A DNA stretch of 64,000 nt from Eledone cirrhosa (Eukaryota), in NCBI GenBank assembly GCA_964016885.1, contig OZ024742.1, forward strand, positions 52,452,001-52,516,000, given 5' to 3'. Made by a program: the position numbers and the translations under genes. Below are positions 1 to 14,168 of this stretch, piece after piece. Below the pieces are notes generated by a model. The model did no database searches and was not told where the DNA came from. It saw only the letters and a list, made by a program, of their open reading frames with translations. How positions within the stretch are numbered: the stretch's first letter is position 1; the number at the start of each line of letters is the position of its first letter.

Positions 1-1169
<1,169 letters not shown>

Positions 1170-1170
1170 A

Positions 1171-1363
1171 GGAAAATGTATGACCCCAACAGCAGAGCTC
1201 AAGCCGTTTCGACGGCTAATTCTAGTCCCGAAATAGCCGTCGAAACGGCTTGAGCCCTGCTGTCGGGGTCATATATTTTCCCATTACCCACTCTACTACC
1301 CTAAGTATTGAGTACTCTGGTGCGTCATGGTCCATCTGGTTCCTTACCACAACTCCTTCGTTA
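1171..1363 (+). mobile_element. Short fold-back non-autonomous element (family A) carrying the 3' half of a hammerhead
   Basis: Inverted repeat 1171-1281. GAAA-CGGC-loop-GCTG-TC^GGGGTC at 1242-1270. Homologous copies at 48661-48790 and 56433-56592. Confidence 0.7.
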
Positions 1364-1390
1364 TATATATATGTATATATATATATATGT

Positions 1391-1590
1391 ATACATTGAT
1401 TTATTATGGCTATTGATGAGCTGTGTTACTCTCAAGTTTCACCTGCGCACTCTCAAGATCAACAGTCATGCCTAATGATCCTGTAAGTACATAGGTACCC
1501 AGAGTAATAAGGCTCATCACCTTGCCATAATAAATTAATATTTAAACTTTACTTCGGTATTGGGTTTTCCTTCTTACATCCATCAATAAT
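1391..1590 (+). mobile_element. Decayed fold-back HHR element (family B)
   Basis: Inverted arms ttattatggc...gccataataa. Decayed cores CTAATGA-T-CCTG..TAGG-T (+) and CTGTTGA..CAGG-T-GAAACTTGAGAGTA (-). Similar to 57030-57296. Confidence 0.55.
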
Positions 1591-1699
1591 TCACGTACTC
1601 CCAGACCTATTATTTTATTTTACATTAAAATAAAACATTATAAACAACAAAAAAGGAGCATTACATGAAATCCTATATTTACGGACGTAAACGATTACC

Positions 1700-1813
1700 G
1701 TCCTATTATTTGAGACCCTCGGCGGAAATTGAAATCAAAACGTAAAGGACCATAGCTCTATGCAGAAAAGCATATTGTCTCTTGCTCTACAGCCACGAGC
1801 AATCCCCCGCCCT
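1700..1813 (-). mobile_element. Degenerate tRNA-derived SINE (5' part)
   Basis: Similar to the better copies at 23448-23638 and 54511-54704. Confidence 0.6.
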
Positions 1814-2140
1814 ATTGAGGTTAATAAATCTGATCACATTCAAGACAACAGTAAATGGTTTCGAATGCATATTTCTGCAGACCAGAAGGTGGATGATGAG
1901 GCTGAGCTGCAATAGCCTGTGGCTTATGTTAGAAATTTCCTGTGTGCACTTGTCTGATGATACAATATTTGTGTGTGTGTGTATGTGTGTGTGTGTGTAT
2001 GATATATGTATATTGATATATTTGTAAGATTCATATATACATACATAGATACATATAGATATATTCATTCATAAATATCTAGCTTTCTCTGATACACACA
2101 CACACAGACATACACACACATATGAATATATATATGTATG

Positions 2141-2202
<62 letters not shown>

Positions 2203-2207
2203 TATAC

Positions 2208-2311
<104 letters not shown>

Positions 2312-2599
2312 AAATAACGAAACGAAATTAAATTTCGTTTCGTTTGTAACTCACTTTTGTATGACTGACGCTTAAACAATTAAGTTAAAAATGTACATCT
2401 ACATATGCATACTGAAATACTAGTATGCATATGAATACACACACGTATACATATGTAGATGTAACAAGTCTTTCACTGGTTACTTTACTGTGAGTAACCC
2501 AGCTATTCTGTATGTAAACACACAGACAAACCGGTTTTTAGAGTCATACTGGTTTTCGAGGAAACACCTTTCCCCTATTCTCCAGAAAGCCAGACAAGG

Positions 2600-2644
2600 A
2601 ATATTGAACTAGTTTCGTTGTTGTTACAACTCATCAGCAATATT
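2600..2644 (-). ncRNA. Minimal type I hammerhead ribozyme
   Basis: Minus strand AATATTG-CTGATGA-GTTGT(AACA)ACAAC-GAAA-CTAG-TT^CAATATT: 7-bp stem I, canonical core, palindromic ACTAGT stem III, GUU site. Confidence 0.9.
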
Positions 2645-3067
2645 TACCTATCTACCGGCCTTTCTGGAGAATCGTAAAAGCAAATATCTTTATATGTTAT
2701 TTCTATAAAAATTAGTCAGTGGGCAGACTAATTTGCATAGAGTGTGAGTACGCACCGGTTCAGCGGAGACGATAAAAACAAATAACGAAACGAAATTAAA
2801 TTTCGTTTCGTTTGTAACTCACTTTTGTATGACTGACGCTTAAACAATTAAGTTAAAAATGTACATCTACATATGCATACTGAAATACTAGTATGCATAT
2901 GAATACACACACGTATACATATGTAGATGTAACAAGTCTTTCACTGGTTACTTTACTGTGAGTAACCCAGCTATTCTGTATGTAAACACACAGACAAACC
3001 GGTTTTTAGAGTCATACTGGTTTTCGAGGAAACACCTTTCCTCTATTCTCCAGAAAGCCAGACAAGG

Positions 3068-3112
3068 AATATTGAACTAGTTTCGTTGTTGTTACAACTC
3101 ATCAGCAATATT
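3068..3112 (-). ncRNA. Minimal type I hammerhead ribozyme (second tandem copy)
   Basis: Identical to 2600-2644, 468 nt away. Confidence 0.9.
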
Positions 3113-3199
3113 TACCTATCTACCGGCCTTTCTGGAGAATCGTAAAAGCACATATCGTTATATGCTTTTTAAAAATAGAAAAGAGAGTATGTATATATA

Positions 3200-3269
<70 letters not shown>

Positions 3270-3305
3270 CTCTCTTTTCTATTTTTATCACAGGACCGGT
3301 TGAGT

Positions 3306-3354
3306 GAATGTCACTAAAGTGATTACAGAATCTTGAAACAGCTGTCTGGTATTC
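3306..3354 (+). ncRNA. Decayed type I hammerhead in a short element (~3285-3450)
   Basis: GAATGTCA-CTAAAGT-GATT(ACAG)AATC-TT-GAAAC-AGCT-GTC^TGGTATTC. Stem I 8 bp and extendable; core mutated. Confidence 0.65.
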
Positions 3355-3582
3355 TCAACGGCTCCTGGGATATCATGGATATGTTCACAGAGAGAAATCT
3401 ATCTTTCATATATATAATAAAAAAATATTTTTTTATAGGAAGGCTCTCATATATATATTGCATATAAACATAAAATATACGCTTTCATACACTCTCCATA
3501 TATATATATATAAATATATATATATAATATATACATATCTATATATATATATATGCATATTTATATATTTATATATATATAT

Positions 3583-3741
<159 letters not shown>

Positions 3742-5039
3742 CCTGTGACTTATCTGCCTATTTTGTTCTCCTTTCAATCTTCTCTGGTAACCTTTCAGTT
3801 AAAAGACATGGGTTATGAATAAGTTTATAACATTATTTGATCATAAAATAACATACTAGAAAAAAATTGATATGCTTGTTTGTTACTTATGTATATATAA
3901 ATTACATTTAAAAGTGGTATAATAACATCAATACTGCTTTACGTTTCCATGTATATCATGTTTCACTTTTGTATACAGAGAGAACATCATAAATCATGTG
4001 GAAAGACCAGATTTTCACATATTCACCTTATTGTATGTATTCACAATTATAAAATACTTTAATGTACCACACACACCACAGTGTAGTTACACTAACACGC
4101 TAACCAAATCTGAAACCAGATGATGTGTGTTAGTGACGAGATGAAGAGCTTTTATAAATGGATCACACCTCTCCATATGTCAAGATTTTGTTAATAAAGT
4201 TGTTATAGGAAGATATTTCATGAAGTAAAAAATACCAGAAAATAAAATTCCAAATTCAAAAGCAAATATATTGTTGCAATTCAAAGCTATTTTAGGAGTT
4301 ATGTTTTCGCTATATTATGAGGTGACGAATACAAAAAAAACATATTCGTATAATTGCATTTTAGAATATATCAATATAAATATTTCTACATTTGTTGAAA
4401 ATGTCACTTAGTAATATAGAAACAAACATTGTAAATATTTGCCCAGATCTTCGAATGAATAAATTTGAAATTACCATGGCTGATTATTGAACAAATTCTT
4501 TTCAATGCTGCCTACTAACAGATTCGCCAAATTGAAGTGAATATCAATGCTTACAATATATTACATTGATAGTTTGCATTGTTAAGGAATTCTAATAAGT
4601 GCATTGTCCATGTATTCTGTTATTTTCCATCATAATATATAATTATTGCTGTAAATATACTTTTTCTTTATTTAGAGTTCAGACTACCACACATTCACCT
4701 ACGAATATTTGTGTATATATGGGTTTGGTGTTGTTTTTTGTCGAAGTTAATATTGTTATTCCTTTAAAATATTATTTTTCATATTCTGTATTAACATTGT
4801 TTCATCTATATTTATTTGCACTATTTAAGAGTGGCTTTGTCTTTTTGCTTTTATATATTTACAAATGATCTTTTTATAAGTTGAAACCTAACCACTATAG
4901 ACATATGATCACTTGTATTGTGTCTACTAGCCAGAATTTATGTAGCACACCTGCAATTTTCTCTCCTGCTTGGTAATTGAGAGATACATAGTAATAGATA
5001 TTTCATGTGGTGTTCCCTAGAAAGCATTTACGAGAAAGA

Positions 5040-5220
5040 GATATCGGGGGCGAATCAGCTCAGTAATCAACAGGTATATTTTTATCGACCTCAAAATGAT
5101 GAAAAGCAAAGTTTACCTCAGCAGGATTCGAAATCACAGACAGCACAGCAAGCCGGAACGAATACTGTAAAGCATTCTAAGCGACGTTCAAACAAACTCT
5201 GACAATTTGCGGCACACCTA
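5040..5220 (-). mobile_element. Degenerate SINE
   Basis: ttttatcgacc..atgaaa.gcaaagt..acctc.gc.ggatt.gaa motif shared with the other SINE copies. Confidence 0.6.
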
Positions 5221-6019
5221 AGCAGTAGGTTATATAAAGTATATTTGAAAATATGTGTACTATATGTGCATTATAAGTGTGTGTAGGTGTGTATGTAGGC
5301 GTATGTCCCGCTTTATATTGTGAAAAACTTATATTTATATGAATTTATATAATATAAATTATTTATCTGCTTATATGATGGCTACTGTGGTAGTTGTTAA
5401 ATTATGATGAACATCCTTATAGCTCCGACCTCGTTAGAAATCCCCAACCTGCAGCTTCTCAATTTGAAATTCTGCCAGTATTCTCTGATATGTGTTTAAT
5501 TGTGAGGAAAAGAAAAATAGCAAAATATATCGTAGTAAACAGTAGAGCTACGCACCAAATGGCGAAATTATTAAATTGTTTGACCATTGTTTGGTAGATA
5601 CGTGAGGGAGTGGGAATGGGGAAGTGATAGATATTTGGTCAAAGCAACGCCAATAAAAGTTATTTGTTTTCTACTAACGTACTCCAATCACAAATTATAT
5701 AAGCGTCAAATTAGTGAGTAATTAATATTGCAATCGTATAATTAGTCTATTGTGTCCATAGAAAGAAAAATATATAAACTAAATAGAGCTAATTTCTCAG
5801 ACAGCTATCGTGTTATGAACAACGTCACACTGGCAGTAAAAGTCATAATATAATAAATTATATCTATCAAAATTTATAATAATATCTAGACAATTCTGGT
5901 CTATAGCTGTCTCGCTCATCAATACTCGGAACATTTACCAAACTCACTAAGAGAATGTAAATCTCAAATTACATTTTAATGTTAACAATTAAACAAGGAA
6001 CACATAACATCATACATCG

Positions 6020-6172
6020 TTCTAGTTTCACATCTCATCGTCGATAAACTTTGCCTGTCATTCTCCCGGGGTTGATTGATAAAACAAATACCAGTAACGG
6101 ACTAATGTCGATTTAATCAACGTTCCCCTTCAGTTAAAATTGCTGTCCTTGTACCAAATATAGAAACAAATA
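6020..6172 (+). mobile_element. Degenerate SINE 3' part
   Basis: actttgcct.tcat...gataaaa..aataccagt...ccttgtaccaaatatagaaac. Confidence 0.55.
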
Positions 6173-6209
6173 TATATTTTGTTATGTTTCGTTTGATTTC
6201 CATTATATT

Positions 6210-7510
6210 TCATTTTCCAGTCGGGTCTCAACCAGCGATCTATGACAAGAGAGACTCCTGAGAAGGTGAGTGGTTAATGCTAGCACAATATCTTAAACCT
6301 TGTACATTGATGATTTCCCTGGGATCTGGTCAAATAATTTGTCGTTAGCTTTTTTATCATTCCCAGAGCACCTCCAACAAAAGGTAGGATTTTGGTTTTT
6401 AATTGCGACACCCTAGATATCTCTTTCACAACGTCTTTGTATTTCCTTTCTCAAATTCTTTTGCCTAGATGTTTGTATCAGTAGACATTGTCATATCAAT
6501 TAACAGACATGTTTTTGTCTTACGACTTTGATGAGGATGTCTGACAGGTTATTATTTATGTGTCTGTCCGTATGCATCCTGTAATCTCATAGGATTGTAA
6601 CATTATCCAACTCACTCACTAGCAGTGGATTGTGTTCATTCCAGTTATTAGGATGCGGGATATCATAGATGGCAAATGCTCCAGTGCAAACAATGACCAA
6701 CTTGCTTCGTTTGATATTCTTTCGAAGCAATAACTGGGTAACTTGGTCAATGCTCTAAAGTTTTGTATTAATATCAAAGAATCTGTACTTTTTGTATCCC
6801 CATTGTGAAAGACATTAGCTGGATAGTTTTGGGTAAGGAGACTCTTATCTTGAGCCGCTAGAATAGACCTTTTGGGGGGGGGATCACACTAGTGCTCTGC
6901 GGCCAACGGTTGTTGTTTATTTTTTCATAAGTACAGCATCTTCCCCAGCTCGTTTGGGGTAGTGCCCATGCCATGGCTTTTCTTGCGTCAGTCTTTCCTT
7001 CAAGCTTTCCTGTTTGGGAATTGTTTTCCACGTTATTGCTGCCTTAGTGGGTGGCATGTCCTAGTTATCATTATCATGATCAGGGAGGGTAAGCTCTCGT
7101 CTTAATTTATATGCCTCCTTTGAGATTGAGTACGTTTTCTTAAATTTTTCATGTCCTATCAACTGTATCATTGAATCGTTTTCACTTTGGAAGTACATAT
7201 GAAATCCTATCGTGATCGTTTTATAGGACGTTTCGAGTTGGGTTAGGCATCTACCACCCTCCTTTCGTGAAAGATAGAGAATCTGCTTTTGAATGATGCT
7301 TAATGTTTAATATCAACAGTTACCTATCATTTATGTCCATATGTTGGCGCTCACTCAAATTCCAATTGATGGCATTTAGGCTATACAGGACAAAAGACAC
7401 AGCCAGGGAGTTTATAAGTTCTATTCTATTCTGAGAGTTCAGCTCAGTATTTAAGACCATTATAAAACGTCTGTAGTATTCTTTATTCTTTTCTGATCTT
7501 GTCTTTCCTT
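6210..7510 (-). pseudogene. Decayed R4/Dong-clade LINE 3' region (RT thumb plus RLE endonuclease region)
   Basis: Manual minus-strand translation gives LYLSRKEGGRCL and ILAAQD-type motifs typical of R4/Dong; many stops and frameshifts. Confidence 0.7.
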
Positions 7511-8063
7511 GACCTGTACTGAATCACTTTCCTTTCGTTTACACCAAAGGTTCTCAACCCATTTCGGCCAAATCACGAAACGCCCCTACTCTATTTTTCC
7601 ATTTTTCAATATACGACTGATTTTCAAATCAGTAGATTACTGGGCCGAATCAAGTTATGTTAGAATCTTTAAAAAGATCTTTAAAAAATATTCGTACGAA
7701 TTAAATACAAAAAAGTTTCAGTCCAAAACAAAAGCAAGCTATTTCAAATTATATATTTTAAAATAAAAGACGTGAATGTTCTCAAAGATTTGATCTCAGT
7801 CGAAAAAGCTTTTTTTTTTAATTCTATATTTCACTGTTAGCTGTTGTAATATTTTGAGTGGATAGACAATTTTACAATTCAAACTGTAAAGTCAAAATAG
7901 AATTGATGCAAAGTATGAAGAAATTCTTACCTTTCTCTGAAATCACAAACTCAGGGAGAAAATAGTACCTTGCAAAATAAAGTACCTCGTAGCAAAATAA
8001 AATACTTAGTAGCAACGAATGAGTTGAGGTGATTGGTAACAGTGAACAAATATCTGTATCCCT

Positions 8064-8131
<68 letters not shown>

Positions 8132-8221
8132 TGTTTTTGGTACAGAAAGAATTTTGTCTACCAGTTTTTATTGCCGGGTCAAAGGCCACTGCTCTTTTTA
8201 ACAACATCAAATAACAACGCC

Positions 8222-8323
<102 letters not shown>

Positions 8324-8396
8324 TATATATATGTATGTATTTATATATATATAGGTATATATATATATGTATGTATGTATATATATATATAGGTAT

Positions 8397-8969
8397 CCCA
8401 GTACAACCTGTCTCATGGTCGGGTCGTTGGCGACTAAACTGGCAACCCCACCAAGGTTTCTTGGTGAGGAGGGTGACTTTGGACATCCTGCAGGACTAAA
8501 AACAAAACCTGTCAAAGGGCAAAGGAGCTCTTAAGAGTCAATGGCCATCCAAAATCACCGGGAGAGATGACGCCTTAGCCTTTGTCAAGGCAGAATTCTA
8601 GGAGAAGGAAAACTCTGATATAACACCTGCAACCCTGATGGTATCCAATGATGTTGACTTGTTCTTCTTTTTGGTAAATATTATCTTGGTTAAGAGAGTG
8701 GGACTGGCTTTGTGCAGTGCCTTTGCTCACTATAAAAGCTTCATGGCACAGGCATTGCTTTATATCTGGAGATCTCTCTGCACTTGTCGTCACATGGTAC
8801 CATGGACCCAGCACTATGTGTCAATAATTGTCGCAAGTGTAGTGTTTGTACCAGAGTTTTCAAGTCGCTGGCTGGACTAACAAGTCACACTTGTTCAGCG
8901 CATCAGTAGGGGTTCTCCTACACGGATATAAAGTAGTGGCCATACTCGAAAACGAGTTGGCAGCTACCA
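8397..8969 (+). mobile_element. Internally deleted non-autonomous RTE-like element (5'UTR joined to 3' end)
   Basis: RTE-type 5'UTR motif ggagaaggaaaactctga. The 3' part translates [17 protein letters not shown] (C2H2-like tail of RTE ORFs). Flanked by (TA)n. Confidence 0.6.
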
Positions 8970-9023
8970 TATATAGGTATATATATATGTATGTATGTAT
9001 ATATATAGGTATATATATATATG

Positions 9024-9101
<78 letters not shown>

Positions 9102-9103
9102 TA

Positions 9104-9153
<50 letters not shown>

Positions 9154-9547
9154 TATATATGCATGTATGTATATATATATATATATATCGGTGTATATAT
9201 ATGTATGTATATATATAGAGAGAGAGATAGATATATATATGTATGTATGTATATATATATATAGGTATATATATATGTATGTATGTATATATATATATAG
9301 GTATATATATATGTATGTATGTATATCTAGAGTATTTACGTATCGAGAGAGAGAAAAAAAAGGAAGGATAGGTGATACATGTAGTTATTTGCCAATAGCG
9401 TATGCAGAGGGTGCTAAATACTAGTGCCGGTAGTATTGAATATTAGAAGTGTTAATATTTAGTGGGCGAGAGAGTTAGCAGACCGTAAGCACGTGGAAAA
9501 GTAGTGCTGGCAACAGCCTCTACAGACGCAACCAGCATAACCGCGAC

Positions 9548-10141
9548 ATGACTGGAAAACATGCAGTACATGACGTGCGGATTAATAATCGTACTACCCC
9601 GCGCACTGTGGGTTATAATGGTGCTAACGACAGGTGCGGGAGCGTAGATAACAACGTAGATAGCAATAATGATAGCCTTACCGTGGGAATTAGAAGGAAC
9701 CGCGACAGAAATTTCAACTGCCGTGACAGGAGACGCTTCCCCCTTAGAGGATACTGCTTGACTGATAGGGTTATATATAGGTGCACTGTAACTAGCCACA
9801 ACAACGTTAAACATTATATAGAGGCTACCTTTGGCCCGTTCAAAATTAGATTTCGAACACATCTCCACTCTTTCACAAATAAGAAATTAAGACACTCCCC
9901 TTCGCTCGCGGACTACATCACATCATTAAAAGACTTAAACATCAGCTTCTCCACGCACTGAGAAATTGTCGGCAGGGCTGCACCGTACAACTTCAAGAAG
10001 AAGTGCGATCTTTGCCTCATGGAGCTCTACCACATCATAACTGCACCCCACGAGCTCATCACTAGCAGAGCTGAAACGACGATAAGCTGTACACATCGCT
10101 TTAAAATATCCTTCTTCAGATGGGATAAGGATGAGGAGTGA
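9548..10141 (+). pseudogene. Upstream duplicated GIY-YIG endonuclease segment of the PLE
   Basis: FNCRDRRRFPLRGYC..VIYRCTV..YIEAT; the TGG of the downstream copy is TGA here. Confidence 0.85.
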
Positions 10142-10518
10142 AACCATGTACCGGGTCTTCCTGCAACATGCTTTAATACCCCGGCGGCCAGGCGCTGCAA
10201 AAGAAACATCTAGGAAACTAACCATGCATCCCAGACCCAGCTTCAAATGACCCAGGCGGGCAGGGGAAGCAAACAAACGTCTCAACATAAGCGTTGATTA
10301 CTTGACCCTGTGCGTATCGACAATGGTAAGGTTGTAACCACATCTTGTACCGGATAAAAAATGTGTTCGGGAAAGACTGTTCTAACACCGGTCAGAGTTA
10401 CCCACCTTGACCTACTGCAAAATCAAAACACGCTTTTTTTGCGAAGAATGAACTATGACGTGAACTTAACCCCAAAAACACTCTCCGAGCAATGTAAGGA
10501 ACACTTTTGGTTATTTAT

Positions 10519-10558
10519 GCCCTTGAGAAGCCCAACTAGGCGAAACGTACGTAGGTGC
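10519..10558 (+). ncRNA. Minimal hammerhead with U3-A8 variant core in 5' pLTR
   Basis: GCCC-TTGAGAA-GCC(CAACTA)GGC-GAAAC-GTAC-GTA^GGTGC; palindromic ACGTACGT stem III. Confidence 0.75.
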
Positions 10559-10820
10559 TGTTTTAAATAAACATGTATTAACGGTCTGTTCTCCGATTTC
10601 TTACTTTTCCACGTGCTTACGCTCTGCTAACTCTCTCGTCCACTAAATATTAACACTTCTAATATTTAATACTGCCGGCACTAGTATTGAGCACCTTTTG
10701 CATACGCTATTTGGCAAATAACTACATGTATCACCTATCCTTCTTTTTTTTCTCGCTCTCGATACGTAAATACTCTATTACCGTGCCCCTTTTGTAGAGC
10801 ATCTCACTTTATTTGCCATA

Positions 10821-13573
10821 ATGTTCGAGAACCAGCTGTTACCCATGTCTCTCAAGTGTATCCCCTTACCTAGCAGAAAAACCTACCTCAAACAACTTAT
10901 AGTCGCTACTAACTGGTTTATACGGAGAGTCAGATGGAAGGCCTACCACCTGGATAAGAACACCCGTAACATTCCTGAACATAAAGAGAGGTATGGCTTC
11001 AAAACATACCGAAACCCACCGCACAACACCTTACTAGACTCATTTGAGGAGGACTTGCTGAAAATGATCAGAAACGTTAAGTTCAGTAAGAAACATCGAT
11101 GCAGCAATCCATTCTTAACGTCCCTTGATACATTCATCACTAAGATCAAGAATGACCCGCACCTCTTCGTCACCTTCGACAAAACCAAGAAGCTGTACAA
11201 GATGGACGCAAGCAAGTATAACAATTCATTTATAAGGAACTACACAAAAACTACAAAAAGACACCCTTTAGTACCCTAAATGACATAAATAGAGTAGGGA
11301 AGGATATAGTTACCAGCTTAGAAATAGAAAAGTACACTAACCCGTATGTCCCTCTGACGCGTAGATTCTCTCTTAAGGATCACAAATGTAACTTTAATGA
11401 AAGCCCCTCTATTAGACTAATATATTCCTCTACATCTGATATAGGTAAGATTAGTAAAGTGATCCTCGATAGAGTACTGCTGGAGCTTAATAGAAAGGCT
11501 AAGGTCTGCCTCTGGGGCAACACCGACCAGGTCATAAATTGGTTCACCGATGTGCCTGATAAAGCAACCCTGAAGTTCATCCATACTCTTAAATAAGGCA
11601 CTCATATTAGCTAAATCTAACACTAGCCTCACTAAAAAAGAAATAGACATAGTTCTAGCGGCGCGTAGAGCCATTATCCAGTTCGAAGGCTCCCACTGGA
11701 CCAGAACCAACCGTCCTGATAACTTCGATATCACGATGTGGTCCAGCGACTCAGCGCAAGCAACTGACTTGGTCGGAATATACCTCCTCCATAAGCTTAG
11801 GGACGAGATACCGGCCCTACAAGGAGGTGTATATAGGGAAGACGCCCAGTTTACCGTTAGGAACCATAGCCCTCGTAGGATTGAGATCCTTAACAAGCAT
11901 ATACACAGGTTCTTCAAGTCATACGGCCTATCCGTAACTATAGACCTCAACCACGAGGTTGTCAACTTCCTGAACCTGACCCTGGAGTTGAGTACAGGCC
12001 TATACAAGCCATACCATAAGCCTGGAGAGTGCCTTTCTTATATTAATTATGCCTCCAACCACCCTAAGCAGTCTCTCAACTCGATAGTCTATAGCATCTC
12101 ACACAGAATCTTGAGGCTCTCCGCCAATGAGGATATCTTCAACCAAGCGGCAAACTATTACAATAGGGCCTTGATAAGCGCCGGCTTTAACCGAGGAATT
12201 TCCTACATCCCTAACGCTAGCTCTAGAAACCACCCCCCTCATAAGACGAACGTTATAGTAAGCCACACCTATAACCTATCACGCCGCGACTGCGTAGGAT
12301 TCGGATATAATAGTATAGATAATCGCACTAAGGAACACGGCCGCAACGTTAATTACACTGGCGATGGTATAGGAAACTTACCACACAATAAATATCACGA
12401 CCCTGGTGACAGTGACCACTGTAGACTACTCGAATTATTCCTCTACTATAAAATCAACAAAGGCGACGGCCTACTACCAACGCCTTCCAATCAACATCTT
12501 ACTGTACATAAACATGGAAGAAGGAAGAAGAGTGCACCCGAGCATAAAGTGAAAGCGGCACGTAACGGGCTACAGCGTATTAACATGCATAAGAACGGTC
12601 ACCTTGATGGAACCACCCGTACCAAACGTACAAGGACACGTAATCGTCACCGTAACGTCCTATGGCTCCACCCCTCTACTCTCGGAGTGTGGCCTCCAAC
12701 ATACCCAGGATATTCTTGGAAGCCTTAGAGAAGATATTTCCGCCCAAACATAGGTATAGAAAAATCCTTAATAGGAACAATATACAAATATCCTTCTCTA
12801 CTACTCCTAACCTAGCAGACATCATAGGAACAACGAACCGCAGTAAGATCACCAAGACACAGCACCTTAGCACAGACGCACCTACACCTGACAATAACTA
12901 TATCGGCCTTAACGACTCTCTTCGCAGCATCCAATAGTGCTGCAACAGCCTCTACAGACGCAACCAGCATAACCGCAACATGACTGGGGAACATGCAGGA
13001 CATGACGTGCGGAATAATAATCGTACCACCCCGCGCACTGTGGGTTATAATGGTGCTAACGACAGGTGCGGGAGCGTAGATAACAACGTAGATAGCAATA
13101 ATGATAGCCTTACCGTGGGAATTGGAAGGAACCGCGACAGAAATTGCAACTGCCGCGACAGAGGACGCTGCCCCCTTATAGGATACTGCTCGACTGATAG
13201 GATTATATATAGGTGCACTGTAACTAGCCACAATAGCGTTAAACATTATATAGGGGTTACCTCTGGCCCGTTCAAAATTACATTTCGAACACATCTCCAC
13301 ACTTTCACAAATAAGAAATTAATACACTCCACTTCGCTCGCGGACTACATTACATCATTAAAAGACTTAAACATCAGCTTCTTCACGCACTGGGAAATTG
13401 TCGGCAGCGCTGCACCGTACAACTTCAAGAGGAAGTGCGATCTTTACCTCATGGAGCTCTACCACATCAAAACTGCACCCCACGAGCTCATCAACAGCAG
13501 AGCGGAAACGACCATAAGCTGTACACATCGCTTTAAATTATCCTTCTTCAGATGGGATAAGGATGAGGAGTGA
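10821..13573 (+). pseudogene. PLE reverse transcriptase-GIY-YIG ORF, frameshifted
   Basis: Fragments 10821-11279, SLKDHK at ~11370, 11736-12728 (GGVYRED for YRDD, VNFLNLTL, KPYHKP), 12662-12937, 12980-13573 (CNCx5C, IIY..YIG, ELINSRAE..C.H). Confidence 0.9.
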
Positions 13574-13951
13574 AACCGTGTACCGGGTCTCCCTGCAACA
13601 AGATTTAACACCCCGGCGGGCAGGCGCTGCAAGAGAAACATCCAGGAAACTAACCATGCATCCCAGACCCAGCTACAAATGACTCAAGCGGGCAGGTGCA
13701 GAAAAAACAAACGTCTCAAAATAAGCGTTGATTACCTGACCCTGTGCGTATCGACAATGGTAAGGTTGTAATCACATCTTGTAACGGATAAAACATTTGT
13801 CCGAGAAAGACTGCCCTAACTCCGGCCAGAGTTACCTCCCTTCACCTTCTGCAAAATCAAAACACGCTTTTTTGCCAAGAATGAACTATGACGTGAACTT
13901 AACCCCCGAAACACTTTCCAAGTAATGTAATGAACACTTTTGGTTATTTAT

Positions 13952-13991
13952 GCCCTTGAGAAGCGCAACTGGGCGAAAGGTACGTAGGGGC
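13952..13991 (+). ncRNA. Hammerhead (U3-A8) in 3' pLTR, partly mutated
   Basis: GCCC-TTGAGAA-GCGCAACTGGGC-GAAAG-GTAC-GTA^GGGGC. Confidence 0.65.
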
Positions 13992-14168
13992 TGTTTTAAA
14001 TAAACATGTATTAACGGTCTGTTCTCCGTATGTATATATATATAGGTATATATATATATAATATATAATAGTAAGAACCCTAATGGCTGTAACCCAGCTA
14101 AATATAAACCACGTAAAGACAATACTAGAGTCCCTCACCACAACTCTAAAACAGCAAATGATCACGCC

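Larger units (their letters stand above)
9328..14028 (+). mobile_element. Near-complete Penelope-like element with partial-tandem pLTRs and inverted 5' segment
   Basis: Direct repeats 9502-10595 / 12935-14028 (offset 3433). 9328-9503 is the reverse complement of 10602-10777. RT plus GIY-YIG. Inserted in (TA)n. Confidence 0.92.
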
